From Camelus ferus (Eukaryota): DNA of 64,000 bases. The first letter of the stretch is position 1, and each line of letters starts with the position of its first letter. Location: NCBI RefSeq assembly GCF_009834535.1, contig NC_045696.1, forward strand, positions 43,030,001 to 43,094,000. The letters are read 5' to 3'. Under the pieces are notes generated by a model. That model was not told where the DNA came from and ran no database searches. It worked only from the letters and a program-made list of their open reading frames with translations. Position numbers and translations under genes: made by a program. Shown here piece after piece: positions 1 through 12,140 of the stretch.

Positions 1-124
1 TGCATGTTTATTCAATTTGTATCATAGTACATAAGAGTGAAATTATAAATCTGAATGAAATCAATGACTATGAGAATCCTTAATTTACCAATGAAAAAAG
101 CACTCCGTTGAATGTTATAAACTC

Positions 125-585
125 AGTTGAATGTGTAGAATCTGAGTTTTTCTCTATTAGCAGGCTAACAAATTAGCCTGACATAGTTTCACGGATGCTG
201 AAAGAGACAAGATCTCCTGGGTTGGAGACAAAAGACTTTACTCCTCACTCCATAGCAAGCAGCATGGGCTCATGTTCATACCAGTTCTCCTTGTCACCCC
301 CAGATCTCACAGGGATAATGGAACACACAGGTACACATTGCACATGTAGAAAACCCCAACCTTTTATAAGGTGCTGCACAAAAACCTCCCCAAACATCGC
401 CCTGATGGGAGGATATTCTGAACATCAAATAAACCTACCTTTTCTCTGGAGGGAGACACTATCTATTTTCCAAGTCTATTTACAAACACTGAAAAGTCAG
501 TGTGGAACAAAAGCTCTTATTGATTTAGTTTACAAAACATGTGGAAACATGACAGACCCAGGCAAAATTCTCCCAGCAATAAATT
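125..585 (-). mobile_element. Ancient ERV-type solo LTR (MER-class), same family as 55455-55913, opposite orientation
   Basis: The reverse complement of 135-245 (ggctaacaaattagcctg...gtttcacggatgctg...ctcctgggttggagacaaaagactttact) aligns by eye to 55788-55895 (agtaataaagg..tttgtctctgacccagaagt..gccagcatttatgaaactgtg..ctagcttgc). Both share the 'gatagtgtctccctc' motif. Ends are approximate. Confidence 0.7.
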
Positions 586-1253
586 TTCCATTTTTAATTG
601 GGTATTTTACATGGTATAATCACAGTGATCTCACTATTCCATCTCATTCCCAATGTGACTTGTTTGTTTTTGCCTCTCCCCCAAAGATCAATATGAAGAT
701 TTCTCACCATCCTCTCACTAGGTTTCCTGAATACTGTAGGAGAGTGTCTACATAGTGTAGTTCCATCAGGCAAAGTCATTTCTGACTTTTAATACTGCAA
801 AGATGTGGAGAAAAACCCCTAATGTTCATACCTTCCCATTAAAGTCACCTAAAAAATGTTATCCTGGCATAGATATATAACACTTTCAATGTTTTTTGTT
901 TGTTTTTTGCTTAAGACAATAGGCCCAATCCAAAGCCAAAATTCTAGAAAGGTAAATATGAAAAATTCTGGAAAGTTAATACCTAGTACAGAATGTATTA
1001 TCACTTGATTTGTTATACTCCTCAGTCATCACAGAATTTTTCCTTTGTTAATCATTAGGACTCGTATTTATTGGGGATCTTCCACTGCCTGGATATTATT
1101 GGCGGTGAGATCACTTTATTTAGAACACACGTGATAGAAAGCATTATGTTAAGCAGCATACCTGACCTCAGAGAGCTTATAGCACATTAGTGAAAGACTA
1201 TTTTACACAAATACACAGTAAAGCAGAGTAAAAAGTGCTGCTTCATTAAAGAC

Positions 1254-1722
1254 TGTATGAGTTTCCTGTTGCTGCTGTAACAAGCTACCCCAATGTAGGG
1301 GCATAAAACAATCGACCTTTATATTCTTGCTGTTCTGGAGGTCAAAAATCTAAAATCACTGGGCTAAACCATGGTGCCTTCCCCCTGGAGGTGCTAAGGG
1401 GAAATTGATTTCTTGCCTTTCCCAGCTTCTAAGGGCTGCCTACCTTTTTTGTCTTGTGACTTCTGGTACTTGCATTACTCCAACTTCTGCTGTCATTGTC
1501 ACATCTCCTCTGACTCTGGCTCTCCTCCTTCCAACTCTTCCCTTATATGGAATCTTGTGATTACATTGGGCTTCAATAGTTAATCCATGATAATTTCCCC
1601 ATCTGAAGGTCATTAACTTAATCACATCAGCCAAGTCACTTTGGCCACATGGGGTAAGATAATCTCTGGTTATAGAAATTAGTATAGATCTACTTGGTGA
1701 AGCCATTTTTCCACCTAATACA
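1254..1722 (-). mobile_element. MaLR (MLT1-type) solo LTR
   Basis: Begins tgtatgagtttcctgttgctgctgtaacaa. Contains ttctggaggtcaaaaatctaaaatc, gattacattgggc..taatccatgataatttccccatct and aacttaatcacatc, the typical antisense MLT1 motifs. Ends ...taataca. Confidence 0.85.
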
Positions 1723-1879
1723 GAAAGGTATATGTCATTGTCATCATTAAGAGTAAAAATCCTACAATTTTAATTAGATACCTGGTTTGGTTTCTGAAGA
1801 AAATCTTACTAATTATTTTTACGAATGATGTAGGTAACATTTATATATTGATTCTTCCCTCAAAAGAAATGCTACTAAA

Positions 1880-4640
1880 ACTAAACTAGGCAATTCAGAA
1901 AGAGAGGCCATGGTCCAGAGAGGGAATATTCAGGAAGAGCCTGAAAATTCCCCAAGGAGATGGAGCAAAGAGTCCAAGCAGGCCAAGGTGGCTCAAGTTT
2001 GAAAAACAGAGTAGAATACAGGAAGGAGCTGCACAGAGAGAATGGCAGAGGTCTGCAGGAGGTCCTCTTCACGTATTCAACCCCGGGTTTTACACACCTG
2101 TGTGAAGAAACTGCCTGAGGCTGGGGAAAGAAATACATGGAGAGTTTAAAAGTAACATTCCTTGATGCTTTACGGTGATGGGAATTGTGCTATTCCCGCC
2201 AGGAATACTGGAAAGCTTCACATTCAGGGAAAACTGAGTAGGGCACACAGAACAGTAGTGCCTCAGTAGAGGGGAATAATTAGCACTCATCTGAGTCCCA
2301 CTTAACAGAATTTAAAGCAGGAATGAAAGGACCAAACTATTTCCAAGAAACCCAACTTCACCCCAGGACTAAGATCAAAATATTTAGAGAAATATAAAAT
2401 AGCCACCACCCTAAAAAGTAAATTCACAATATATTGTATCCTATAAGAAGTTACTAGACATGTGCAGAAGCAGTCAATTAAAACAGACTCATGAGGGCAA
2501 AAATGTTAGCTCTGGGGAAGAGAGAAATGAAAGGAAGTATTATAACTGTATTCCATATGTTCCAAAAGTTAAGGAGATTTTTGAAAAATACTTAAAAGTC
2601 AAACTTCTAGAGATGAAAACTAAAATACTTGATACAGAAAAATATACTAGATGAGATTAATGGTGGATTAGAAATTGCAGAAGAATTAGTGAACTTTAAT
2701 TCATAAGAACAGAAGTTTGACCAAAAGGAAAACAGAGTAAGAATCTGATAAGAATGAGCAGAATATCGGTTAACAGTGGGAAAACTTTAAGTGACATAAT
2801 CTATAGTAATTAGAGTCCCTAAAGTTAAGAAAGGCAAGGGACAGAAAAAAATATTTAAAGAAATGACTGAATTTTTTCCAAATTTGATGAAACTTACAGA
2901 TAGAAGAGCCTGTGCTCCTCAAAGAAAAGAAACATCAAGACAACTACACAGGACATATAGTCAAGTTGCTTGAAACAAAAGATGAAGGAACTTTATAGGC
3001 AACTGGAGAAGACATATTACGAACAGAGGAATAAAAAACAAGGATGATGACATGCAAGGAGAGACTGAAATGCCACCTTTAAAGTTCTCAAGAAACAAAA
3101 GCCTGTCAAAACAATTATTTACCCAACAAAATTTTCTTTCAAGAAAAAAGTAAAAAATAAAGATTTTTCAATGTGCAAAAGATGAAAGAATGTATCACCT
3201 TCAGACTCATACTACAAAGCACTTTTAAAGAGTGTCCTTCAGATAGAAACAAAGTGATATCAGATGGAAATATCTATGTACACAAAGCAATGATGAGAAC
3301 CAGAGTTGGTACCTCCACGAGTGAATATATAAGATTTGTTTATTAGTTCAGATCTTGTAAAATTCCCCTCAATATTAACCCAAAGAAAAGCAGGAAAAGA
3401 AAACCAGAGATACGGAAAACAGAGAACAAGCAGAAAATGAAAAATAAAATGGCAGAGCCATAATATATCAATATTATATTCAGTGTAAATGGTTTAAATA
3501 CACTAAATAAAGCAGATACTGGCAGAATGGATAAAATAAAAGCATGATCCAACTATATGGCATCTAAAAGAAACTCAAAATATAATGATATAGATAAATT
3601 GAAAGTGAAAGGATGGAAAATAATGTATTATGCAAACATTAACCAAAGGAAAGCAGGGATCGCTTTATTATTATCAGGTTAAGTAGAGCAACACAATTTC
3701 TAAAGACAAAGAGCTACAGAAAAATGATGTGTCAATCAACAAGAAGACAGGGCAATTCTAAGTGTTCATACATCAAAGAACAGAGCTTCAAAATATGTTA
3801 AATAAAAGCTGATAGAATTGATAGAGAAAAACAAATACCCATTTTAATTAGAGATTTCAACAGCTTATTACAAATGATAAAACAACTAGACAGAAAAAAG
3901 GAAAGATACAGAATTAAATAACACCATAAACAAATAGGATCTAATCTATATTTATGGAACACTCCAACCAATGGCAGCAAGATACACATTATTTTTAAGC
4001 TTTTATAAAACACATATAAAAATAGATCATATTCTGGCCATAAAATGAACCCCCGCAATTTTAAAAGAATTGCAATCATACTAAAATAGGTGTTTAACCA
4101 CAATAGAAACCAGTAATAGGATAATAGGAAGATCTCTAAGTATTTGGAGACTAAATACATCTATAATAATAAATTCTTAGTAAATTTAAAAGGATTCAGG
4201 TCATGTCAAGTATGTTCTCTGACACGTGGTACTAAAATAGAAGTCAACAGAAAATAAGAGATGTCTAGAATATCCTCAAATATATGAATATGAAATAACA
4301 ATTCTAAATAAAACAGTCAGGTCAAAGAAGTAGTCAAATAGGTCAGAAAGTGTTTCTGACTACATAAAAATGAAAACAAATTATATTAAAAATTTAAGTT
4401 TTCATTAAACTGGTAATTAGAGGATAATTTATAGCACTAAATATATTAGAGAAGAAATACTTACATTAGAGAAGAAGAAATTAGCTCTTTGGTGTGTTCC
4501 TAAAAAAAAGAGAGAGAGAAAGAAAAAAAAAGAAACCCTGAAAACTAACGAAGGGACAAATAAAATTTAAAGTAAATAAAAAACAGAAATTGTAAAAGGA
4601 GAAAAATCAATGACAAAGAAAACAAACAAATCAATAAAAC
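1880..4640 (+). mobile_element. Ancient, heavily decayed L1M: 5' region, ORF1 remnant and ORF2 endonuclease remnant
   Basis: A-rich strand. ORF1-like motifs at about 2600-3250 (gatgagattaatgg..attagaaattgcagaag). ORF2 N-terminal motifs gtaaatggtttaaatacac, ggcagaatggataaaa and gaaagtgaaaggatggaaaa at 3485-3620. No open frame remains. Confidence 0.8.
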
Positions 4641-4644
4641 AGGT

Positions 4645-6590
4645 TTAGATACTTTAGCTATGTATTTTCAGAGGATATAGAACTTTGAATTGTTTATTTT
4701 TTAACCAGGACTTTAAAAATGTCATCCCTTGTCTTACAGCTTGCAGCTCCTGATGAGAAATCTTACATCTGGTGGTTGTTATTGTTTCTCTTTCCCTAAG
4801 TTTCTTTTTACTTGTTTGCTTTCCAGATGTTTTCTTCATCTTTGTTACTCAACATTTTGGCTATTATGTATCAGTCACTTTAAAACTTTTTATTTATGCT
4901 ATTTAGGATTATCTGGATTTCTTGGATCTCTAGTTTATTTTCCATTAACTTTGGAAAATTCTTGGTCATGACCTCATCAAATTTTTCTTGCAGTCCATTC
5001 TTTTTTTTTTTTAATCTAAAAACACAGATGATAGGCTATTATTTATTATCCCACAGTTCTTGGATACTCTGGTTTTATCTTAATTATTATTATTTTCTTT
5101 GTTATATTTCACATAAAATAATTTCTGTCAACATATATTAAAATTCACTTTGTTTCAGCTATACCCAGTCTGCTTTTGAATCCATCACAGGAATTCTTTA
5201 TCTCTGGTATTTTACGTCTACAGGTAGCATCTCCTTTTGACTTTTTGTATAGTTTCTACTTCTTTGCTGAAATTCCTCATCTTTTCACGCATGTTATCCA
5301 CCTTTTCCACTGGATCCTTTGTCATATTAACCATAAATATTTTATAGTGCTACATTTAGCATGTGCATAACCTCTGAATCTAATTCTATTGATTTTTCCT
5401 TGTAAATATGTTTATTTTCTTTTTTGGATATCTTGTAATTTTTAATTTGGTAGCTGATACTGCGTGGAGAGGAGTAGGAAATGAAGTCAGCCACAGTTAT
5501 ACCTGGGTGCACCCCTTCTTCCATCAGGCCACTGAAGAGGACAGGTGCTGCTGGACCGCCCGGAATGGGCCTGCAGTGCTCGAGACTTCTCAGTGTTCCT
5601 GCTCCACTCAGTTTCACCAGCTACTGCCTACATGTACCATGCAGTGGCGATTTCTCTATGATTTTTTTCCCTCCCACTGGAGGTGGACTGTTGTTGCTTG
5701 TTCCACACAGTGGGGCCAGGAAGAGTTCTTTATTCTCCTGGATCAGACTAAGTCTTAGGCAGGCCCTGTGTGCCTTGCCTAAGGGGGAGGGATTCCTCAG
5801 CATTCCTGCCAGACCTCTCCATTGTGACTGGACTCTGTCTTCGACCTGTAGTTGGTCTTCCGTAGGAGGGATGTTTCTGCCCCATCATCAGCAGTACCAG
5901 ATCTCTGCTTGGTACTGGAGTATAATACTGGGTCCAGGGATGGAAGGCATTTTCTTGTTCTTTTACCCTGTCTCATCAGCAGTGAATCATTGCTTGTGTT
6001 GTGAGTTTGGAAGTGTTTTTTGCCCATCTCCCAGAGGCAAACAGGTTTCATATCTTCCATTCCATAAGAAGCAGTGGATTTGTATGAGCCTTGTGGGTGA
6101 CCATCAGCTTAAAGCCTCTACTTCCTGGGAGGGAAGTCTCTAGGGAAACAAGTGGCACATCATGCCTCTGGCACCAAGTGGTGTCTCTCCCCGACTGACC
6201 CACGTCCTGCTCCCAGGCTTTCTTGAGGGCACTGTTGAAAATATCTTCAGATTAATTAGAAACTGCGTTGGTTTCTGGAGCTTCTAGTTATGCCATACTG
6301 ATATGCTAGCCCACACGTGGCCTTTAAGACTCTGTGAAAATATCAGCTGATTTTATCTTATCCTATTTGTGGCAATCAGCTCTTTCTCCCATGCTCTTAA
6401 AAAAGGATGTATACCTTCTCTCCATGGAGAAGATTTTCACCCTTTGAAATACAAGTTTTTAAAATTTTTCTCTGATGAGCTCAAGAAAAATTATGATTTT
6501 TATAGATTGTTTGGTTTTTCTAATTTTTTTATGTTGGGGATAATATTCTCTTAATGTTTTCTACATTGTAAGTGGAAGCAGAACTTTTTT
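4645..6590 (-). mobile_element. Ancient L1M fragment (ORF1 and 5' region) in antisense
   Basis: Abrupt switch from A-rich to T-rich at about 4645. Antisense ORF1 motifs (ggatatagaact, ctgatgagaaatc, ttggaaaattcttggtcat) are followed by a GC-richer 5'UTR-like stretch. Confidence 0.7.
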
Positions 6591-6998
6591 TTATTTTATC
6601 ATTTCCATGGATTTTCAACAGTCTGTGCATAGAAGCAAGACCTTTGCATAGCATATGGACCAAAAATTAGACCATGATTTTAAACAAAATTAGGACCCAT
6701 GAGACATCTGGTGAAAAATTAAAGGGAGCAAGATACTGTTTCGGAGTTAACAGATATTTTTACTGAAGATCATACTTTAGTATGTATGTAGAAGAGTTTG
6801 TGACCGTCTTATGCTTCAGTGTTTTCTTAGCATTGCTTAAATGGAAATAATCTCTAAAACCAATTAAAATCAAATCAAATGAAATCAAAACTTGCTCCAG
6901 CCCCTTCTGTAATTACATACAACTCCAATTGGCAATAATTTTGTAAGCAGTAACTCTTGGCTTCCAAGCTTTATCTTATGTTATGTAATGGGCAATGG

Positions 6999-7002
<4 letters not shown>

Positions 7003-7031
<29 letters not shown>

Positions 7032-7037
7032 CAAAAC
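7003..7037. repeat. (AAAAC)n microsatellite
   Basis: Read directly from the sequence. Confidence 0.95.
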
Positions 7038-7617
7038 CCTGTCTATTTATATAAAGAAACTAACTCAACTTTAGAATTCTCAGGTGATGTTACAGAAGTT
7101 ACCAAATGGCCTCAGTTGTTGTTTAGGTTATCAGTCTGTTTTCACCAACTAGAAATCAAAAGTGATTTTCTTATCAAGGACACATCTGTTTTAATATTCT
7201 TGTCAATTCCATTTTCGTATTACCAGTATAGCAAATAATAGTCAACTCTTTCTCAGTGATAGTTTTGTACATTTAGGGAAATTCTTAGAGTATGTCTTAA
7301 GGAAGATGCAGGTCAACAGTTTATTATTAAAATAAAAAAAATATGTGTAGTATTTGTTTCTCTTTTTCATTAGTCCTCCAAGTAATAATTATTCAGTACT
7401 TCTTTTTGTGCCTGTATCTGTATTAAGTACAAGGCATAAACCAAAGTGCACAAGTAGGCATGGTTGCTATTTACTTGTGCTTGAAGTCTGAGGAGGGGGA
7501 ATGGGTGGGGAAAGGTGTGTGCAGAAACTAACACACCGTAATAAATGCTGCAAAATGGAACATATCTAATCATATGACTATTATTTAGGCAAGGAAACAG
7601 AAAACTTATTTCTTTTT

Positions 7618-9212
7618 TACTATTATTATTGAAATATAGTTGATATACAGCATTATATTAGTTTCAAGTGTACTATATAGTGATTTGACATTTGCATATA
7701 CTATGAAATAATCACTATGATAAATCTAGTAACCATCTGTCCCCATACAAAGTTATGGCAATATTGTTGACCATGTTTCTCATGCTGTGTATTATGTCCC
7801 TGTTACTTACATATTTTGTAAGTTGGGAGTTGTACCTGTTAATCCCCTTCATCTATTTCACCCCCAAACTCCCTCCCCTCTGGCAACCACCCATTTGTTC
7901 TCTGAGTTTTTGTTTTGTTTCTTTTAGATAACACGTATAAATGAGAGCATACTATATTTGCCTTTATCTATCCTTTTGTACATTTTATTTATTTATTTTT
8001 ATTTAAAGTATATCTGATATACAAAATTATATTAGTTTCAGGTGTGCCACATTGTAATTCAGTGTTTTTACAGATTATACTTCATTTAAAATTATAACAG
8101 GATAATGGCTGTAAATCCCTGTGCTGTACAACACACCCTTGTTGCTTATATATTTTATACATAGTAGTTTCAATCTCTTAATCCCATAGCCCTCGTTTGT
8201 CCCTCCCCATTTCCCTCTCCTCTTTGATGACCACTAGTCTGTTGTCCATATCTGTTAATTTGTTTATGTTTTGCATATGTAGTTGTATTATTTTTTAGAT
8301 TCCACATATAAGTGATGTCACATACTATTTGTCTTCTCTAACTTAATTCACAAAGTGTAATATTCTCTAGGTCCATCCATGTTGCTGCAAATGGCAGAAT
8401 TTCATTGTTTTTTATAGCTCAGTAATATTCCATTGTCTATATATATATATATATATGTAGCACATCTTCCTTATCCATTCATCTGTTGATGGGCACATGG
8501 ATTGTTCCCATATCTTGGCTATTGTATTTAGCGCTGCTGTGAACATTGGGGTGCAATGTATCTTTTCAAATTGGTGTTTTCATTTTTCCAGATATATATC
8601 CAGGAGTGGAATTGCTGGATCAAATGGTAGTTCTATTTTTAGTTTTTTGAGGAGGCTTCATGCTGTTTTCCGTAGGGGCTGGGCCAAGTTACGTTTCCTC
8701 CAACAGTCATGAAGTTTCCCTTTTCTTCGTATCCTCTCCTACATTTATTATTTGTAGACTTTTTGATGATAGTCATTCTAACCAACGTGAGGTGATAACT
8801 CATTGTGGTTTTGACTTTCATTTCTCTAATAATTATTTATGTATGTGTGAGCATCTTTCATGTGTCAGTTGGCCATCTATACGTCTTTGGAGAAAATGTC
8901 TATTGTAAGGCCTGAAACCATGAAACTCAGAGGAAAACGTAGACAGTGTGCTCTTTGACATCAGTCTTAGAAATATTTTCTTGTCTCTATCCTCTAAAGC
9001 AAGGGAAACAAAATAAATAAACAAACTGCACTACATCAAACTAAAATGCTTTTGCATGAGGAATGGAACTATCAATAAAATGAAAAGGCCGCCTACTGAA
9101 CGGCAGAAGACATTTGCAAGTAATATATCCTGTTCAGGGTTAGTATATGAAATATACAAGGAACTTATACAACTTTATACCAAAAAAAAAAAAACAGATT
9201 TAAAAAAGATCT
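7618..9212 (-). mobile_element. 5'-truncated, 5'-inverted L1 with two tandem 3' ends
   Basis: Two antisense L1 3' ends (7618-~7965 and ~7985-8905) are followed by a sense ORF2 piece (8905-9212). ORF 8639..8821 resembles the ORF2 Cys-rich domain. Candidate TSD gaaaac(t/g)t(a/g)tttcttttt at 7600-7617 and 9213-9230. Confidence 0.85.
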
Positions 9213-9879
9213 GAAAACGTGTTTCTTTTTGATGGATTCGTAAGTTTGGAGAAATGAACTAAGCACCATGTGCATTATGGGTTTTACTGTCAGTATCTAT
9301 TTTTTTAGATTCTGAAAGTCATGTAACATGAGATAAAAGCTCTGAACTTCATTGGATGGAAGGAAGGTTCTAATTGAAATTTAGCTTGGAGTTACCAATT
9401 TTCTATAAAATACATGTGGTAACCTGTGATGATTAATGTGGAATAGAACTCTTTTCTTTGCTGAATGGACTATATGGTTTATAATGTGTTGAAGGCCAAC
9501 CTCAATCTCAAGAAGCAATCAGTCTAAAAATAAGCAGTGAAGATATGTTAAATATAGTAGCTTGGTCTCAAGTGGAATCACACTTATCAATGCATTGTTT
9601 GTTTTTATTTGTAATAACTAAGCAGTTATGTGATTAACAAGTCCACTTGAAGACAGGCAAACTGAAAAAGGAGTTTCTATCTAGGCTGGAAAGCAGAAGT
9701 TCCCACTTTAGCTTCTGAAGTAAGTAACATACAGTGAGGGTTAATATCAGCCCATAAACAACATCATGGTTTTATACTTTACCAGCTTATTAAGATGAGT
9801 TAATTCACAACGAATTGCAAGGGCATATACTCTGCATCTTTAAATAGTCTCCAAATACAGGGTAAGTTCTTTATGTAAC

Positions 9880-10450
9880 ACTGCTTATTGACACGTTTTT
9901 AGGCTCTGAGGATAAGGTGAATAAATAATTTTCATGATACTGTCATTTATATAAGTGAAAGAAGGACAGCAAATAATGAAAAGAGTAAATAAATTTTAGA
10001 TGGTCGTAAGTGCTGTAAAGAAAATAAAAGCAGGATATTGTGATAAAGAAAAAATATGTTTTGAGCAGGAGCTGAGGTTATTTTTTTAGATACATTGGTC
10101 AGAGAAGATGTCTCTGAAAAAGTGACATTTGAATGGTATTTGAGCAGAGACTTGAGTGATGATCAAAATCCAGCTTCCTGGAGGAAGATCATACCAAGCA
10201 CAGGCATTAAAGTCTATAAAGTCTCTGAACAAGAATGTGCTTAACTTTTCAAATTGACAATAGAAAGCATAATTCAGTGCAAATGTAGAGAACAAAAGAT
10301 AAAGTAGTACAATATTAAGCTGCAGAACTAATTAAAGAATATATCACCTATGACCTTTGAGCGTTTCAAGGAGTTTGGCTCATTCTAATTGCTGAAGGAA
10401 ACCATTTGATATTTTTGGTGAGAGATGAGGTGCTCTGAGTTACAATTTAA
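9880..10450 (-). mobile_element. L2 fragment
   Basis: Antisense L2 3'-region motifs: taggctctgaggataaggtgaataa, taagtgctgtaaagaaaataaaagcagg, ggtcagagaagatgtctctgaaaaagtgacatttga. Confidence 0.7.
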
Positions 10451-11689
10451 GAAACTTATTTTTAATAAACTCCTACTCAGGGCCAGGAATTTTGTGTGAA
10501 GCTAGGGATGTGAAACATATATGGCTTGGACCCTCTCATCAAATAGTTGAGTCTATTAGTCTTTTACTGTCCTTCAAGTAGCCTCAGTGTCCTCCAGATC
10601 ATATGTGAAACTACTGGCCCACACGGGGATCCCCTGCTTATGAACTTGGTTTCCCGGGATGGATCTCAAAGTCATGATTTTTAAGGTAATGTGATTCAGA
10701 CTTTTTAATAGCAGTAATTTCCATCTATTATTGCCTTTGTTACCAGGGAAACTCACAAAACAATTTGTTTCATGGAAATTATTCATGATTATAGATTCAG
10801 AAAGACCAAAAGTTTTATCCTGCTATCAAACTATAATTTTAGTAGGCATTATTATTGATTATTGAGTAAAATAAATTCTAATATCTACTATTTTACTTAT
10901 TCTAGTTTTAAAACAGCTGAATTATTTTTTTTAAGCTAGAGGTATTTTCTAATGGACTGGTTAATTTTTACTGTAAAAGAATCCTTATGCTTCTACTTAA
11001 ATGCTGTGAAATATCTCTCCCTTCTACGTTTTCAGTTTAAAAAATATTTACAAGTGACTCTTACTTTGCATAAGAGTCTCAGTCGCAAAAGGCAAAAAAA
11101 AAATGCTGTATTAATATGCTTCATTTTGGGGGTCTTAGTTTCTTTTAGACAAAGATTTGCTTCATCACAAGAATTTAGAATTTCCTGCAAAGTACAGATA
11201 TAATTCAAATTATATTACTGCTTGTGCTTGTGTTTTAATAATCAAGGAAGAGAATGAAAAAGATGCAGAAAACTTCAGGATAATAACGGGATGTTTCCCC
11301 CGAAGCCATAGAATAACTGAAATTGTGGAGTGAATAAGTGATATTCATCATTTTCTTCCATTGTTATTTTACATCAAGCAGAATATTTATGGAACCTCAA
11401 AGATAGCAGATATGAGATTTAAGGAAATAATATGTTAAATTTAGTTTCCCTTCTCCACTATCACATATCACTGCAGATCTATATATAATCATTTAGTATC
11501 CAGCAATAACTCTTAAGAAAAATGTATTTGTTGTCTAAGGGTTAAACAAAAAGCAAGGTAAACAGACTACACTCTTCTAAGACTGTTGTGCTAAAAGATG
11601 GGAAGATTTCTAAATCCAGCAATGCCAATTAGTCAAATTTAACATGCCTGCTTTGACTATAATTTTACATATAAATGCTTGAGTAGTAT

Positions 11690-12140
11690 AGTGGTGAGAG
11701 AATGTGCCTTTCAGACTCCACAACTACAGAGATCCTAACTGCCAATGGCCACAGCTGCTGGGATCTGAGATCCATCTCTGCATTTGCAGTGAGGCCACTT
11801 CCAGTGGGCTTTCCCCAGCCAATGCCTGAACACCAGAGCTATATTAAAGCAGACATCTCTCTGGAAGACATGGTACTCCTCTGAAGGCAGACTGTGAATG
11901 AAGAATTTCCCAACAGCCCTGCCAAACCTCTCTCAACCTACCCAGCACTCTAGGATGCTTCCACCTATCTCCTTTCCCTTTCCCCTTCACTCAGGCTGAC
12001 ATTTGTACTGCAGTCTGATGGCTACCCCGATCTTCCCCAATCTCCTCCCCATATCCCTCACAGGCATTTCTCTTAGCAGAATCCTTGCATGTTTAATCCT
12101 ATCCTTGTGTCTGCAGAAAAGAGTACTCAGGCTAAAATAA
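11690..12140 (+). mobile_element. ERVL-class (LTR16-like) solo LTR
   Basis: GC-richer island with ccccagccaatg (CCAAT), tatattaaagc, a pyrimidine-rich U5-like segment and aatccttgcatgtttaatcctatccttgtgtctgc. Confidence 0.65.

Noticed and set aside
195..755. 186-aa ORF
   Set aside because: It lies largely within an LTR in antisense, with no recognisable domain.
5481..6143. 220-aa ORF and overlapping ORFs
   Set aside because: They lie in the GC-richer 5' part of a decayed L1M and have no recognisable homology.
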